In this document: piece by piece, positions 43,437 through 56,167 of the stretch
Position numbering within the stretch: position 1 is the stretch's first letter
Layout of the letters: each line of letters starts with the position of its first letter
Source of the DNA: Lama glama
Taxonomy: Eukaryota
Reading direction: 5' to 3'
Assembly (NCBI GenBank): GCA_028534125.1
Contig: CM052817.1
Coordinates: forward strand, 96,846,001 to 96,910,000
DNA length: 64,000 bases
Notes under the pieces: model-generated
The model's input: the letters and a program-made list of their open reading frames with translations, nothing else
Database searches by the model: none
Told to the model about the DNA's origin: nothing
Translations under genes and position numbers: made by a program

Positions 43437-45097
43437 AAAATGAGAGCCACTGTGCCTAAGGGAAAAAAATCAAAGGTGAGTCACCCCAAAAATTGCTACT
43501 GAATTAGATGTAAGCAAATCAATCATAAAAGACAGGGGAAGAAAACTATCGAACTGTCTGGAATAGTGCTTCATAAACTATCTATGGTAAAGAACTTCCC
43601 CCTCCTTGAAAAATATCTAACCATCTGTAGACCAGTACAGTTGTACTCCACATGACTAGCAGGCAACCCCTACACTAGATTTCAGCGGCACTCAAAGTGG
43701 TCCACACCCCCTTCAACAGGTGAGTTCCCCGATTACGTGCTTGGATTTACTGCAATGTCACACTGCTACATATTTACTCTCAATCTCTATACTCGTCTGT
43801 CATCGATTGGTCATTTGTAGATCAGCACCAGGGTGTGGTCCACACAGTGAAGAGAATCGAGCTAGCAGAACCCTTTAACACTCACACTTCTTCACAAGCA
43901 CCTTGAAGTATTCTGTCAGTTTTAAAGAAACTGAATCAATCAGACTATTCATTTGGGGTATGGGTTTAAGCAAAAAAAGGAACAGCCCGATGTCAAATGA
44001 CAGGCACTCATTTTAAAATGTTTAAGATTAGTATCTGTTATTTTCCAGTTTCTTGAAGGTAAAGCTGTCTTACTCTGCAACTGACACCAGCCCACAGTAC
44101 AATACAAAATACATCCTATGTAATCTATTGTTGAGACACTAACTTAGCAATGGATATTAAAAAATTTCAAAATATCAATGATCTGTTGAATCAATGCCAA
44201 ACCTGCTCCTAATAATTTCCTGGCTTTGTGTTTCCCTTAGGTTTGCTCTTCAATATATCATTCAGATTTCTTAAACTGCAATGCTACTGCTCTGAAAAAA
44301 TATATGATCCACTCAACTGAAGTATATCTCGTATTAAAACACTCAAAATGTTGTGTCAATGTCAATGAACTTTAAAAATGCCTTTTTTCTACTAACAAGA
44401 AAAACCATTATCTTCCTGATGAGAAATTTAAATACGTTTTGTTTAAATCTGATACTACTGGCTTAATAGAAAGCTGAGACACTCCAGACACAAATTTTAT
44501 TTCACAAATAAATGTCAGAAAAGGAGGCTATCCTTCACTTTGGAAATCCTTTCCCCCTGGAATAGTGATTCTTCTGATGGGGCACGAGTGATACACTGTT
44601 CTTGATGAGAAAAGCAGAGTATTACAAAAGCTAAGAACCTGTCCTAGAGAACAAAGGCAAACTGTGTAGCAAAAGCCACATTCACACTCTGACAAGTTCT
44701 GAACCGCCAACGTCTGAATTTAAAATTTTGCATAGTGATATCTCCCCAAAGCAATTTAACACCAAGTATTTTTTTCTCAATGACTGGTGATTGCTCAGTC
44801 TATGTCCTACAGCAGTAGACCAACAACAGAATCTGCCAGAAGTGTGTAGAGCTCCAATTTTCTGTTAAATTGAGTTTATCTTGAAATGTAAGCCCTAGAA
44901 TGTTGTGATCATTACATGTGTATAATTTGGAAATATAATCAAACCCTATAGAGTAACTCCTCTTACATAATCTAAACAACTAGACACTTTGAAAGTAAAA
45001 TGCAGATTTTTAACTAATTTGAGGAGATATCTAAAACTTTTTAAGCTAAATTTCTCTTAAAAGGGAAGTGGTTGCTAATTTGTGGAGATGGAGTCTG

Positions 45098-45941
45098 TGT
45101 ATCAGGATCAGGTTAGCTGTTAGTGTGAACAAACAAGCCTCAGCTGACAACCAACTTTATTTTCCCTGCTATTGTCACACTACAACTAGACACTATCAAC
45201 TTCCTGTCCCTTAAAGGAGTACTGACTTCACTCGCTAAGCCATTTTGATTAAGACTATGGCACTGTATAGCAGTTACGTTACGGAGACTGACTAATACAA
45301 GTTGGATAAAGGCATTTCTTTTTTCATTGAATGAAACTTGGTATGACCAGGTGGGCAAAGCAGTGGTATTAAGGACAGCTGCTGGGACGTATAAAGTGAT
45401 TTACTCTATAGAAAAGGGCACTGCAATGGTGTTTCCTAAACAAGAATTCTCCTTGTACTTTGTACAAAGCCGTGAAACCAGATTTATTAAAACAAATCCC
45501 GATCAAAAACTGGGGGGCTTTACCAGTTCTTCTCTTTATGAAATGTCTATGGAGAGTAGACAGAAATCCCAACGGCAAATCTCCAGCAAGTGCCAGAGAA
45601 GAGGTTTACAACAAGTTCTCCGGCAAGGCCCCACAATGGCTTCCCTGCCACCCTGTGAACCACGGCGACGTCCCCTCCAACAAGGTCTGGATGTCAGCCC
45701 ACTGGAGGGAACGCTTCCATGACTACTCTGTCTCAGCCCCAGGGGCAGCAGCTACTACCTAGTGTATGATATAACATTATTACATATTATATCTGCTATC
45801 CCTGTATTCCTTTGAGTGCTCTTGACTTCTCACTACTCAGTCCTTCATTACTCTGATCCTCTGTTATAGTTTATAATTCTTTATATTAAACTGTCTCTGT
45901 TCAAATGACTGTACTACCATTTACCCAATCCAGACTGGTAC
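45098..45941 (+). mobile_element. Probable old ERVL-type LTR (MER74/MER54-like)
   Basis: 3' end ttatattaaactgtctctgttcaaatgactg...gactggtaca resembles ERVL LTR ends; 5' boundary uncertain. Confidence 0.4.
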
Positions 45942-45954
45942 AGAGTAACTCTTA

Positions 45955-46224
<270 letters not shown>

Positions 46225-46539
46225 TTAATTATAGATGAAAATCACCTTGAGTTTAATTTAGAATAGGCCCTGTCTGCTAAATAAACAATACGTAAATGAA
46301 CAGATTTTACCACCTACTTGGCAGTAACATGCAGAATTAAGACAGTATGACCACTCTCTACTCTCTCCGTACTTGGCTGCCGTATCATATTCTCTACCTC
46401 CATTTTTTTGTGGGTTCCTATTTTTTAGGAGTATGTCCTTGACACCCTTCTCTTTTCTTATGCATCCCCAAGGCACTACCTATCACCTATGTATTGATGG
46501 ATGCTACCCCTACATCTCCAATCAACACCCTCTCTTCTG

Positions 46540-46893
46540 TTTTATTTATTTTTTTATTGAAGTATAGTCAGTTTACAATGTTGTACTAGTCCCTGGTGTA
46601 CAGCACAATGATTCAGTCATACACATATATTCCTTTTCATATTCTTTTTCATTATAGGGCATTATAAGGTAGTGAACATAGTTCCCTGTGCTGTACAGTA
46701 GTACCTGGTTGTTTATTTTATATATAGTATATAGTATCTGCAAATGCCAAACTCTCAGTTTATCCCTCCATCCCACCCCTTCTCCCCTGGTAACCATAAG
46801 TTTGTTTTCTATGTCAGTGAGTCTGTTTCTGTTTTGTAAATAAGTTCATGTCACTTTTTTAAAAATTCTGCATGTACATGATATCATATGAAG
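46540..46893 (-). mobile_element. 5'-truncated L1 3' end with target-site duplication
   Basis: Antisense L1 tail (tttatt...gaagtatagtcagtttacaatgttg; ggtaaccataagtttgttttctatgtc); accctctcttctg on both flanks. Confidence 0.85.
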
Positions 46894-46945
46894 ACCCTCT
46901 CTTCTGAATCTCAGACCCATAGAAACAATCCCTTATTAGTCATCT

Positions 46946-47597
46946 TGTTAGAGCAGGCAGATAGCTAGATATGACCAGAGAAAGGGGGACACAGACCAAA
47001 TGGCAGGAATTGGGCAGAAAGGAGGGGCAGAGACTCAATGTAGGAAACTATACATTATGTAAGCACCAGAGGTCCCTGTGCAGAGAAAAAAAGCAGGAAC
47101 CTCCGGGCTGATAAGTGGTCAGAACCTTGAGGGTGATGAGCAGCCTGGAGGCCAACAAAGAAAGGTTGGAAAAAGTAGGAATCTCCAGTGTCCAAATGTA
47201 ACCTTTTTCTCATTGTGCCCTCATTTCAATAAAATTAGCCTTGCAGATTAGAAGTACCCATCATGCACTGACACTGACACTTCCGATCCAGACTAAATAA
47301 GGACAAAAATCCCTCCTCCCTTTGGGAAGGTGGAGTTGGGATAAAAATCAGGAAATATGACCGCAGACCATTTCCTCCCTAATGAATATTCTGCCCATTC
47401 ATTTTTATACCCTATGTAACAAAGCTGTCAAAGAAACTCCGGGCAGTTGCTCACCTAAGCCTGCCTGCTCTCCCCTTGAGATGTACTATCCCTCCCTTAA
47501 TAAATCCTCACCTTACTTTCTTAATCTCCATGTTTGTCTCCGAATTCTTTCTGGGACGGGACAAGAACCTGGAAACCAGTTACATCTACCGGCAACA
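46946..47597 (+). mobile_element. Intact ERV1-class solo LTR (652 bp)
   Basis: TGTT...AACA termini; perfect 4-bp TSD ATCT (46942-46945 and 47598-47601); AATAAA at 47499-47504. Confidence 0.85.
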
Positions 47598-48647
47598 ATC
47601 TCAACCAGGGATTGTACCCTCAGCCATCTCAAATTTAGCTCAACTCAAATACTTCCTGATCAGTGTGCAAAGAATAGCAATAATCAACATATATCCTGTT
47701 CTTGTCCTCACAGAAGCTTCATAGAGAGAAATTTAACACACAATTTTGAAAAAATTCAAAATATTCTAAACTGAACCCATCATATTCTCTCACATAGGAT
47801 ATAAGGTTAAGGAACCATCTAACCTCAGACCATGAAGTCACCTTATAATGCTACCTTAACTCCAATACTACTGATTTCAAACCCAGCCAATTCTCTCTCA
47901 ATAGCTTTAAGTGTGTCACCTCCTCTCCCAGGACTGTTCCAACACAGCCCTTGTAACCACTTGCTGGACTACAGCAACAGCCTTCCCACTGTCACCCTAG
48001 CTCCAACTACCCCTCCCTCCAGACAGTCTCCACACTGCAACCCAGTGGGAAAAGAGAAGGCCGTAGTCATTTCAGCTTTCTCGTGAAAAATTTTATATCA
48101 TCTGCACATATTTTATACAGGAGAGTTAATACCAGAAACTGAATTTTGATGTAGTTTGCTAGAGCAACAAGGATAAGGAAGAAGATTCTAGAGTGTGAGG
48201 GGGTAAAAAAACACAGATTATATTAAGTGGATCAGGGAGTTTATAGTTATGTCCCTTGGTGTGGCTGAAGTGTGGGTACGGGGAGTAGAGGGAGAAGCAG
48301 GAAATAAGATTAAAGAGAGAGCTCTTTTGCAGAGGCCCATGCAAAGAAATACGAGACTGTTCTGCAGGGAACAGCTAGGTACTTAACCCTACTGAACACC
48401 CAGCATTGAAATACAAACTTTAGATCTACTTTTACTACACACTAAATATAAAAAAAAAGTATTGTCCCTGTTTTACAAGAGGGAGCTAAGGAACAAAGAT
48501 TTAAGGAAACAGCAATTGGATGGATCCATTATTCCACTTCTGCCTACCAAGATGAGCAAACTGTATCTCAGCATAACACTTTCTCCTCCTTGAGGCCAGC
48601 TGGTCTTGAAATTTACCCTAAATTTATGTGAACTACAGATGTCTAGA

Positions 48648-48770
48648 TGTTACTGATATCTACTGGGTAGAGGTCAGGGATGCTGCTAAACATACTACAA
48701 TGCACAAGACAGCTTTCCACAACACAGATCTCATCCAAAATACCAACAGTGCTGAGGTTGAGAAACCTTG
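48648..48770. mobile_element. MER20-like hAT fragment
   Basis: gggtagaggtcagggatgctgctaaacatactacaatgcacaagacagc...gctgaggttgagaaacc. Confidence 0.7.
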
Positions 48771-49499
48771 GGTGAAATAAAGCAAAGCAGCTTCAGGCTG
48801 GAAACTGAATGCAAAGGTAAATTAAATCACATTTTGAAATTAAGATTCTAGAATAACTTGACAAAAATGTACAGCATTTCAACAGAATAACTGTCCCAAA
48901 AAAATCCAATAAATGAAACCTAAAGAATGCATCATCGAATGATTACTTTAATTCCGAACTTAATTCAACCACAGAAACCCACATTTCCTTCCACCTAACA
49001 GAAGAGACAAGTGCAAAGGCCCTAGAGCAGGGACTTGCTAGAATTAGACGTAGGAGGCCACAGAAGATCACCTGAGGCCTCACTTGCAACAAAACCTTTC
49101 GAACTGCAATTGAAATGTAAGTTTTGAGATAGAGAAATGACATCATCTGCCTTTTGTTCGGAAAAGCTCACGCTGGCGGTGTTGAGGTAAACTGCAGGAG
49201 AAAGCCTAGATTGGAACCTGAGCCTATGGCAGAAGTCAGCAGTTGATGACTGAAGCTTGAACCAAGGCAGTAAAAGAGAAAGTAGGAAGTGATATGGCTC
49301 TGGATACACAGAGCAAACAGTATTTTCTGATAGGCTGGTTGTGGCTATGAACAAAAGAAAAGAATCAAGAGTGAACAGTAAATATTAAATAGCAACCACC
49401 AGCCACTCACAGTCCCCCTCCCAATTTATTTACATATGTATTTACGTATACGAGAACAACAGAGGATCCCTCTGCCTGCAGCAAGAGAAAGAAGGGCTC

Positions 49500-50210
49500 T
49501 CCTCACCTTCACATCGTCTTTCAGCTCCGGCGCCAGGCTGAGCACGAGCAGGTAGTGGGCATAGGCGGTGCCGAAGTCCTGGGCGCCCAGGCAGTGCTCT
49601 GCGCTCTGCAAGGACCGCGACACCAGCTCGTCTCGCCCGGCTGCCCCCGCGCCACTCCCAGCGCCCTGGCGGGGCCTGGATCGCGAGTTCGGCATGGCCG
49701 AGTCACCGCCCAAACCCTGCGCTCCTATCACCGAAGGGAGAGTGCTTCGGTAATCGGAACGAGCCAACTGCCTGGATGCCTACACTTTCATAGGACTAAC
49801 TGGAGCGCGAGGACTGGTACAGGGAAGTGATCTCTCTGCCGCGGCGAGCGTGCCCACCTCCGCGAGGCAGAAGCCCCGCCCCCATCCCCTACCGGCGGCC
49901 CCCACCGGCCGGCGGCGCACGCTACTCCGACGTCAGCGCGCCCGACGTGAGTACGTCTCGGCCGCCCCTCCCGCGGGAGGGCAGGAGCGGGGCGGCCACT
50001 GCGCGTGCGCCTAGGAGCCCTTTCCCCTAATGGTGTCTGTCTGGCTCCCGCCCGGCTTGTTTCTCCGGCTGAATCCCGAGCTTTCTATATCTCCTCATGG
50101 CCTTCAGGAGTGTGTGACTTCGGCTTCTAGACCTCACTCGGCCGACCCCGTCAGCGCAAAGCTGCACCCGCCCGCGATGGACGTGTGTGGGTATGAGGAG
50201 AGGCGGTCAG
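49500..50210 (-). promoter_or_regulatory. PRMT9: CpG island / promoter of PRMT9
   Basis: Dense CpG; GC boxes (about 49874-49883, 49989-49995); CRE-like CGACGTCA (49928-49935); NRF1-like TGCGCGTGCGC (50000-50010); ETS-like GGAAGTG (about 49823-49829). Confidence 0.85.
49507..49695 (-). CDS. PRMT9: PRMT9 coding exon 1 ([13 protein letters not shown]...APELKDDVK)
   Basis: gccATGc start; AAG|gtgagg donor; 189 nt; TPR-like helix [18 protein letters not shown]. Confidence 0.94.
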
Positions 50211-51143
50211 GCGTTTATGGTGTTGCTTAATGCCTGTGGGTCTGGATGCACCAAAAGTCAGAGTAGTGAGAGTGGAAAGAACCCGAGGAGAACAGAAGCC
50301 CCTAGATGTGGTGGAGGAAATGCTTTCACTGGCATTATTTTAAGTCATCCTCACAAAACCCTGTGGGGTGGACTTTTGGATCCTCCTTATCTTACAGACG
50401 GTAAGAGGAGCATCCTGAGAGGATACTAGCCCGAGATCACCCAGCAGTTCGTGGCGTAGGCGTGGCTCAAACCCGAGTCCCCGAGTACCTGTTCAGTTTT
50501 CTTCAAAACGAGCTTAGGGTTTATTTCACTGCTCCGTGTATAGTGGTTATATGAATGCATAGAAAAAGTTTCTCTACGTTCAAGTGTAACCTCTAAGGGA
50601 TAGATTGGGAACTTTAAAGGGGTGGGGTGTGGAGTGCATAGGAAGTACAGCTAAAAAGAAGTCATATGTGTCACCGGTTTTATACATGTTACTGGTGACT
50701 GTTTTACTTAACAAGAAACAGAAAATTGAACATTTTGCGTATCAGACGCTAACTTTAGGGCTCCTTGCATTCTCAGAGTTCATCATTTACATGCCTTTTT
50801 GCTTTCTCTGTTGAAATTATCTGACCCACCCTTCCTCTGAGCATATACCTATGCAAACCCTAACCAGTTCTTCAAATCCAGATCACTAGATTGTGACCTG
50901 CTCTCCTAGTCAGAAAGATCCTCAAAGATAGAATCTGTCCTTAACCACTTTTTAACTTTGCACCTAGCAGAGTCTGGCTCAACGTAAGGACTCATATTTT
51001 TTCATTTTAATGGAAATGACATCCTCCCACTCCTAGGTTTTACATATAGACTTTCGCAAGCAGTTATGGTCCTTATTTCCCTCTCATTCTCAATTGCTAC
51101 TTTCTCTACTAAATTTACACTTGAACTTTACAGGATTTCCATA

Positions 51144-51585
51144 TGTCAAGGGGAATCATCAATAATCATTCTGTGATAAGAGTTTCTTTTGAGCCCAACC
51201 GAGAACAAACAGTTCTCAGGAATAGCTCTGAGGAACTGTTCCAAGGAAACATGGTTTCAGGTTTTGTATCTTGTCAGAACAAGGCACATGACTGGGGTAC
51301 ACCCCTTCAAGTTTCTTCAGCAAGTACCTAAAAAGTCAGTATGGAGCTATATCAAAGGAGTACTAGCATTGATGTTCCAGGAAGGGAGACATTTATCTCT
51401 ATCTGCAGAAGGGACATTTTTCTTCTGGTTAATGCATCCTTTCCTTTAATGGTGAAAACAGCTGTACAATGTATGTTTAATAGGCCACAAAACAGGCTTT
51501 TCTAGTTAGCATAAAGCTTAAGTTAAATCATGTGTAAGCCAGAATGAGTTCTCCACACCTCAATATGTGCAAATTTCTTCCACCA
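51144..51585 (-). mobile_element. ERV solo LTR related to the 1785-3044 element
   Basis: TG...CA-bounded block of about 440 bp sharing motifs with 1785-1900 and 3020-3040. Confidence 0.55.
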
Positions 51586-53419
51586 CCTCACGCAACTGAA
51601 ATGCTAAAGACTCTAGTGCTAGTAGGATGTAGTCGAACACAAAAAGACCACTGGACTGAAAAAAAAAGTGCAAAGTGCATTCTAGTCTAAGCTGGCCCAT
51701 TCAAGAACCTCTCAAGAGTCATTATTTGTAGGAAGGGGAAAAAAAAAGTCTGAAAAAAGTAGTAAGTATTTAAACTGTATTATTTTATGAATAAATTGGG
51801 TACCTACAGGGGAAAAAAAGAACGATTGTTTGTAAAAAGGGCTAACAAAGCTACCTTTCCTACTTCGGGCACAAGACTGATATAACCATCATATGAGATG
51901 CTAGATATAAAGGCATTTTATATATAATATAGACATATTTACAGCTATGTATTGTTAGCATTATCTAAAGTCACTTAAAAACCTAGCTAGGGTAGTAAAA
52001 TAAAAATTAGATTCCTAATACCTTTTTAAGCATTTGATCAGAAGTCTCTACAACTCATATCCTTTAAAAGTCAAATTTAATTTTCTGGAATCTCCCTCCA
52101 GGAAGCAGAGGGAGAACTCCCAGTCTTTCTCTCCAGAGATTTTTGTTGTGGGGGAAGCACTTAGACTTCATCATTCTAGTCACCACTGTGAGTCCCTGCT
52201 TCTGCTGAATTACTTCACTTTACAGATTATCTGGTACTCTAAGGTGTGCTTTGCCCACCCGCCCAGGGCAAAGTTTCTTTTGTCTTGTTTTGCCTTGTTT
52301 TGTTTTTCGGTCTGTTTGGTTTGTTGAGATAACCGGACCACCTAAAGCATCTAGACTACATGAACCTTAAAGTGAACATATTATTACCAAGTTAATATAG
52401 GCTGAGATGGAGGAAAAACTTGGCAGGAAGTGGAGAAAGGACAGAGGAGAAGTAAAAGAAGCCAGCTTGGGTTGTTTCATCATCCACAGTATCAACCTGT
52501 GGGCAGTGACCACTGCTAGAAGTGTGCAAGAGATGCTTCCTGCCCCTTGTGAAATACTTCAGATAACTTTGTGAGCTGCTGGGTCTCACCAAGTTCCAAT
52601 GTGATTATTCTAGTTGAAGAAATCACAGGTTATTTGCATTTCTTTGTCGTTTATCATAGCTTAGACACTACATAGGGTAGATCATTTTTTTTTAATGAAA
52701 CTGACACAGTCTGGGACATTTGTTCACTATAAGAAACTGAAAAAATACATTTTAATTACTATTTTCCTCTATCACCTCATTCCTGAGACTTAGATTTGCT
52801 CAAGTTTATGCAGATTTACTGAAGGTTAACTGTATGTATTGTCATCAGCTTTCACTCCTTTCAAAAGAGCCCTGTTTTCCATCAGGAAGAACCCTGAAGT
52901 AGGATGAAAAACAAATGCCAAATGTAGATTTTATTTCTTGAAACTTAGTCAAAGATTTATTTAAAAATATTGAGGGCATCACTCCTCTATTCACAACAGC
53001 CTTCCACAACCAAAACTGTGGTCTTTAATTACCTGTGAGTCTGTTTGATTCCTTCATTTATATGCTCATTTTTTTTATCCTCTTTTAGGGTTCTAAGAAA
53101 AACCTCACTGATGGGGAAAACCACCGCTGACTCAGGCAGGTTTAATTGTGGTTGTTTTTTTTACTATGTTCTGGGCAGCTTGTCAACAAACCACATATGT
53201 CAAACAAGGAAGCAAAACCAACTAAAGGGCTCTCAGTCAACTTTCCAATGTGCAGAAGTTGAAGGTTAACGGCCCAGGGGTGGATGGGGGGAGCACCTAG
53301 GAAGTTCATTAACAAGGGATAAACAGCTTACTGGACACAAAGTATCTTGCGTTTATACCTTCTGTGTATATGTATATCTTTTTGTGTGATCTTGTTTGCT
53401 TTACTTTATGGTTTGGAGC

Positions 53420-53585
53420 CTTGTTCTCAACTCTGTGCATTTTAGGATCATTGGAGGAAGCTTTTAAACAATATCTATGTCTGGGTCTCTTACCCAGAGA
53501 TGCTGATTTAATTGGCCTGGGGTGGAGTCTGGGCATGAGTATTTTTAAAGAGCTCCCTGGTGAGTCTAATGTGCACTCTAGGGGT
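53420..53585. mobile_element. MER5A-like hAT MITE
   Basis: cccagagatgctgatttaattggcctggggtggagtctgggcat...gagctccctggtgagtctaatgtgca. Confidence 0.7.
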
Positions 53586-54351
53586 GCAGGGTACAGGGCA
53601 GGCTTCTATAGGGGTGGTTAGGATATTTGAAGTAAGTAGGGTATGCAGTGTAGGCATAAAGGCAGTGTAGGCAGTGGAGATGTATTTTTGTTTATGGCTT
53701 AACAAGAATTGTGAAGATTCCCTCAACTAAATTCTTTTGAGTTGAAGTGATTGTGATATGGTGAAGAATAGAGTGTTCATCATATTGAATTGTTGGAGAG
53801 AAAATTTTGTAATTGGGCCAAGAAAACACTACAGCCCTCGGCCAACTGCTTGGTATTGGAATTTGCATTAATGCGTTCTCACTGCTAAATATTCCTAATT
53901 TCTTCAATTAAAAAAAATCACTACAGTTAGGATTTTTTGTTGTTGTTTTACAAAGCCCTTTTTAACTGTTCCATACACATTTTAAAATCTAGAACTCAAA
54001 GTTAGATATAAAACTAACAATGGCCAGACCAATGCTGAGTTCAAAATCTGAGTGCACGAGGGCCTATAATAATGTGACAGGAGAGTTCACAGACAATGAG
54101 AGAGAAAATCCGTTTATTGAGTGCTCCTCTACACCAGGCACCATACTTGGTTCTGGAGAAACTGCCTAAATCTCCTGCTGAGAATGCCAATCAAATTGTT
54201 GGTGCTAGGGATAGATTCCAAATAATCTGAACAGAGCGTGTCCTCACAAAGCATTCAGGAAAATGCTAAAAATCCATTTGACAGAAAAGAATCTAAACCT
54301 GGGAGTCACCTCAACTCTTTGTACTCCTCTCCCCACTCCCCATCAGTCACT

Positions 54352-54782
54352 ACTAGTCCAGGTCCCAGCAGAAAAAAGACTTAAAAGGCTTATTAATTAA
54401 AGAGAATTTAACCAAAGAACTATTTATGGAGGTCAGGGAAATTAAGGGAGTCATCAAGATTTATGAGGTACCCAGAGACCAGCAACAGCTGGAAGCTATT
54501 ACCATCCCTTGTCCTGAAGAGGCAGAAGGAGAGGACTGAATTACCAGAACCCAGAAAGAGCTGTAGCTGTGGAAGAGGGGCCACCTAAATGCAAGTGTGG
54601 CCACAAGCAGAGGAGAGAATCCCCCTGCCTGCCAGTCTCTTACCTGCCTCCTTTTAAAAGAGCCCAATCCAAAGCCAGACCTTGGATGATTCAGTCTGTA
54701 GAGTCAGCCATTCTACAGGGTACAGAGAAGGGCAGAGAAAGGTAGAAAATGGTTCTGTGGGGCAAATGGAAAATAACCAGCA
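54352..54782 (-). mobile_element. Old ERVL LTR (LTR33-like)
   Basis: The - strand begins TGCTGGTTATTTTCCATTTGCCCCACAGA, as I recall for LTR33-type elements. Confidence 0.5.
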
Positions 54783-56167
54783 AAATTACCAAGTTTGACT
54801 CTTCCTAAATTTTTAAAACTCTGCTCTCTCCTGTCAATGCTTATTACTACTGCCTGCATTCATCTTCTTTTGATCTTTTGCCTTGTCTATCATAATGGCC
54901 TTTTTTTATCATCCAGCCTTCAGGCATATACCCCTTAAAATTGATCTTTCATCTTCCATGCTGTAGCTAGAACCATCTAAAAAGCAAATTTCCCATTTAA
55001 TGACTCCCTAACATCTATACCTGTGTATTGTAAACTTTTTTTTAAAGTATTTGTATGGAGAATAGTTCTAAATCCTAATTAAAGATCTCCCTTAGAAAGG
55101 GGGAGGTAAGAGTCATGTTGAATGTATAGGTTTAACTATTTAAAAAACAAAACAAAACACTGAGGTTGTTTGATTTAGAATGTATTATTTGAGTAAAGAA
55201 ATTAAAGGTCTTTGGTTCCTCAGTGGCTAAAAGCCCCAAGATTGGCTACTTGCAGTGTCCTCCCTGGGCAAAATGAAATAGTTGAGCCAATTAGAATTGA
55301 ACGTTAGAAGTAATGAATTGATAAGGATACCGCATCAACAACTTTTGTAGCAACCTTGGGGGAGGTAGACAATCAAAGTACAGGCTTTCTTTTCACATGG
55401 TAGAGATGAGACAAATTGACTTTGAAAAGACTGAGCCCCGGTCCCAGTCTAGGCTTGCTGTAATAGGCCTTCTACACCCTTTGCATTGGAGGACTCTGGA
55501 AGACCTGCTTTGAAGGAGATACTGTAGCTCAGTGATTGTGAGATCAAATACTGAAGCCAGACTGTCTGAATTTGAATACTAGCCCTGCCACTTACCACCC
55601 AGGTATCTTGAACAAGTTAAGTTACTTACTTCTATACCTGAATTTACTTATTCGTAAAATGGTACCAGAGTGAGAAAAGAATTGTGATTATTTGCTCTGA
55701 TCTGCCTGGTGGTGCCCTAGAATGATGGCTCAAAGGCATGTCTTTATTTTGCCTAACTCCAAACCAGCCTAGTGCTAAAGGTCCATCCCAAGGGTGTTGG
55801 TTGAAAATATTTACAAGTCTGATGTCATATTGGCTGCTGCTGCCTGAGGTGGTCAGTTAATAGCTGGGGCAAACAGTAGACTAAACAAAAAGCTTGTGAG
55901 GAAAGACTGGGAATGAGTGTCCTGTAAGAACTTACAAAACTGACAAAGTCCTGAGACTGTAGAAGGCCAAACTCATTCTTAGGGCTGTGTGCATGCTCAG
56001 GAAAGACCCAGAAAAGCCTCTCACCTCCTGCTGCCCTGAAGGCTCTAAGAAAGCAGGAAATAAAGTCTAAGGTAGAGTTGTAAGGTGTCCAGCAAGTGTT
56101 GAAAGCCGGCCACAGCAAGCACACATAGGCCCTCTGCAAAGACTGGAAGATTTTTTGGTTCTGGATA

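Noticed and set aside
45327..45722. 131-aa ORF as a novel gene
   Set aside because: Non-ATG start, lies within a probable LTR relic, no recognisable domain or splice structure.
47382..47774. 130-aa ORF starting inside the solo LTR
   Set aside because: Crosses the LTR boundary into flanking DNA and has no gag/pol/env similarity; likely chance.
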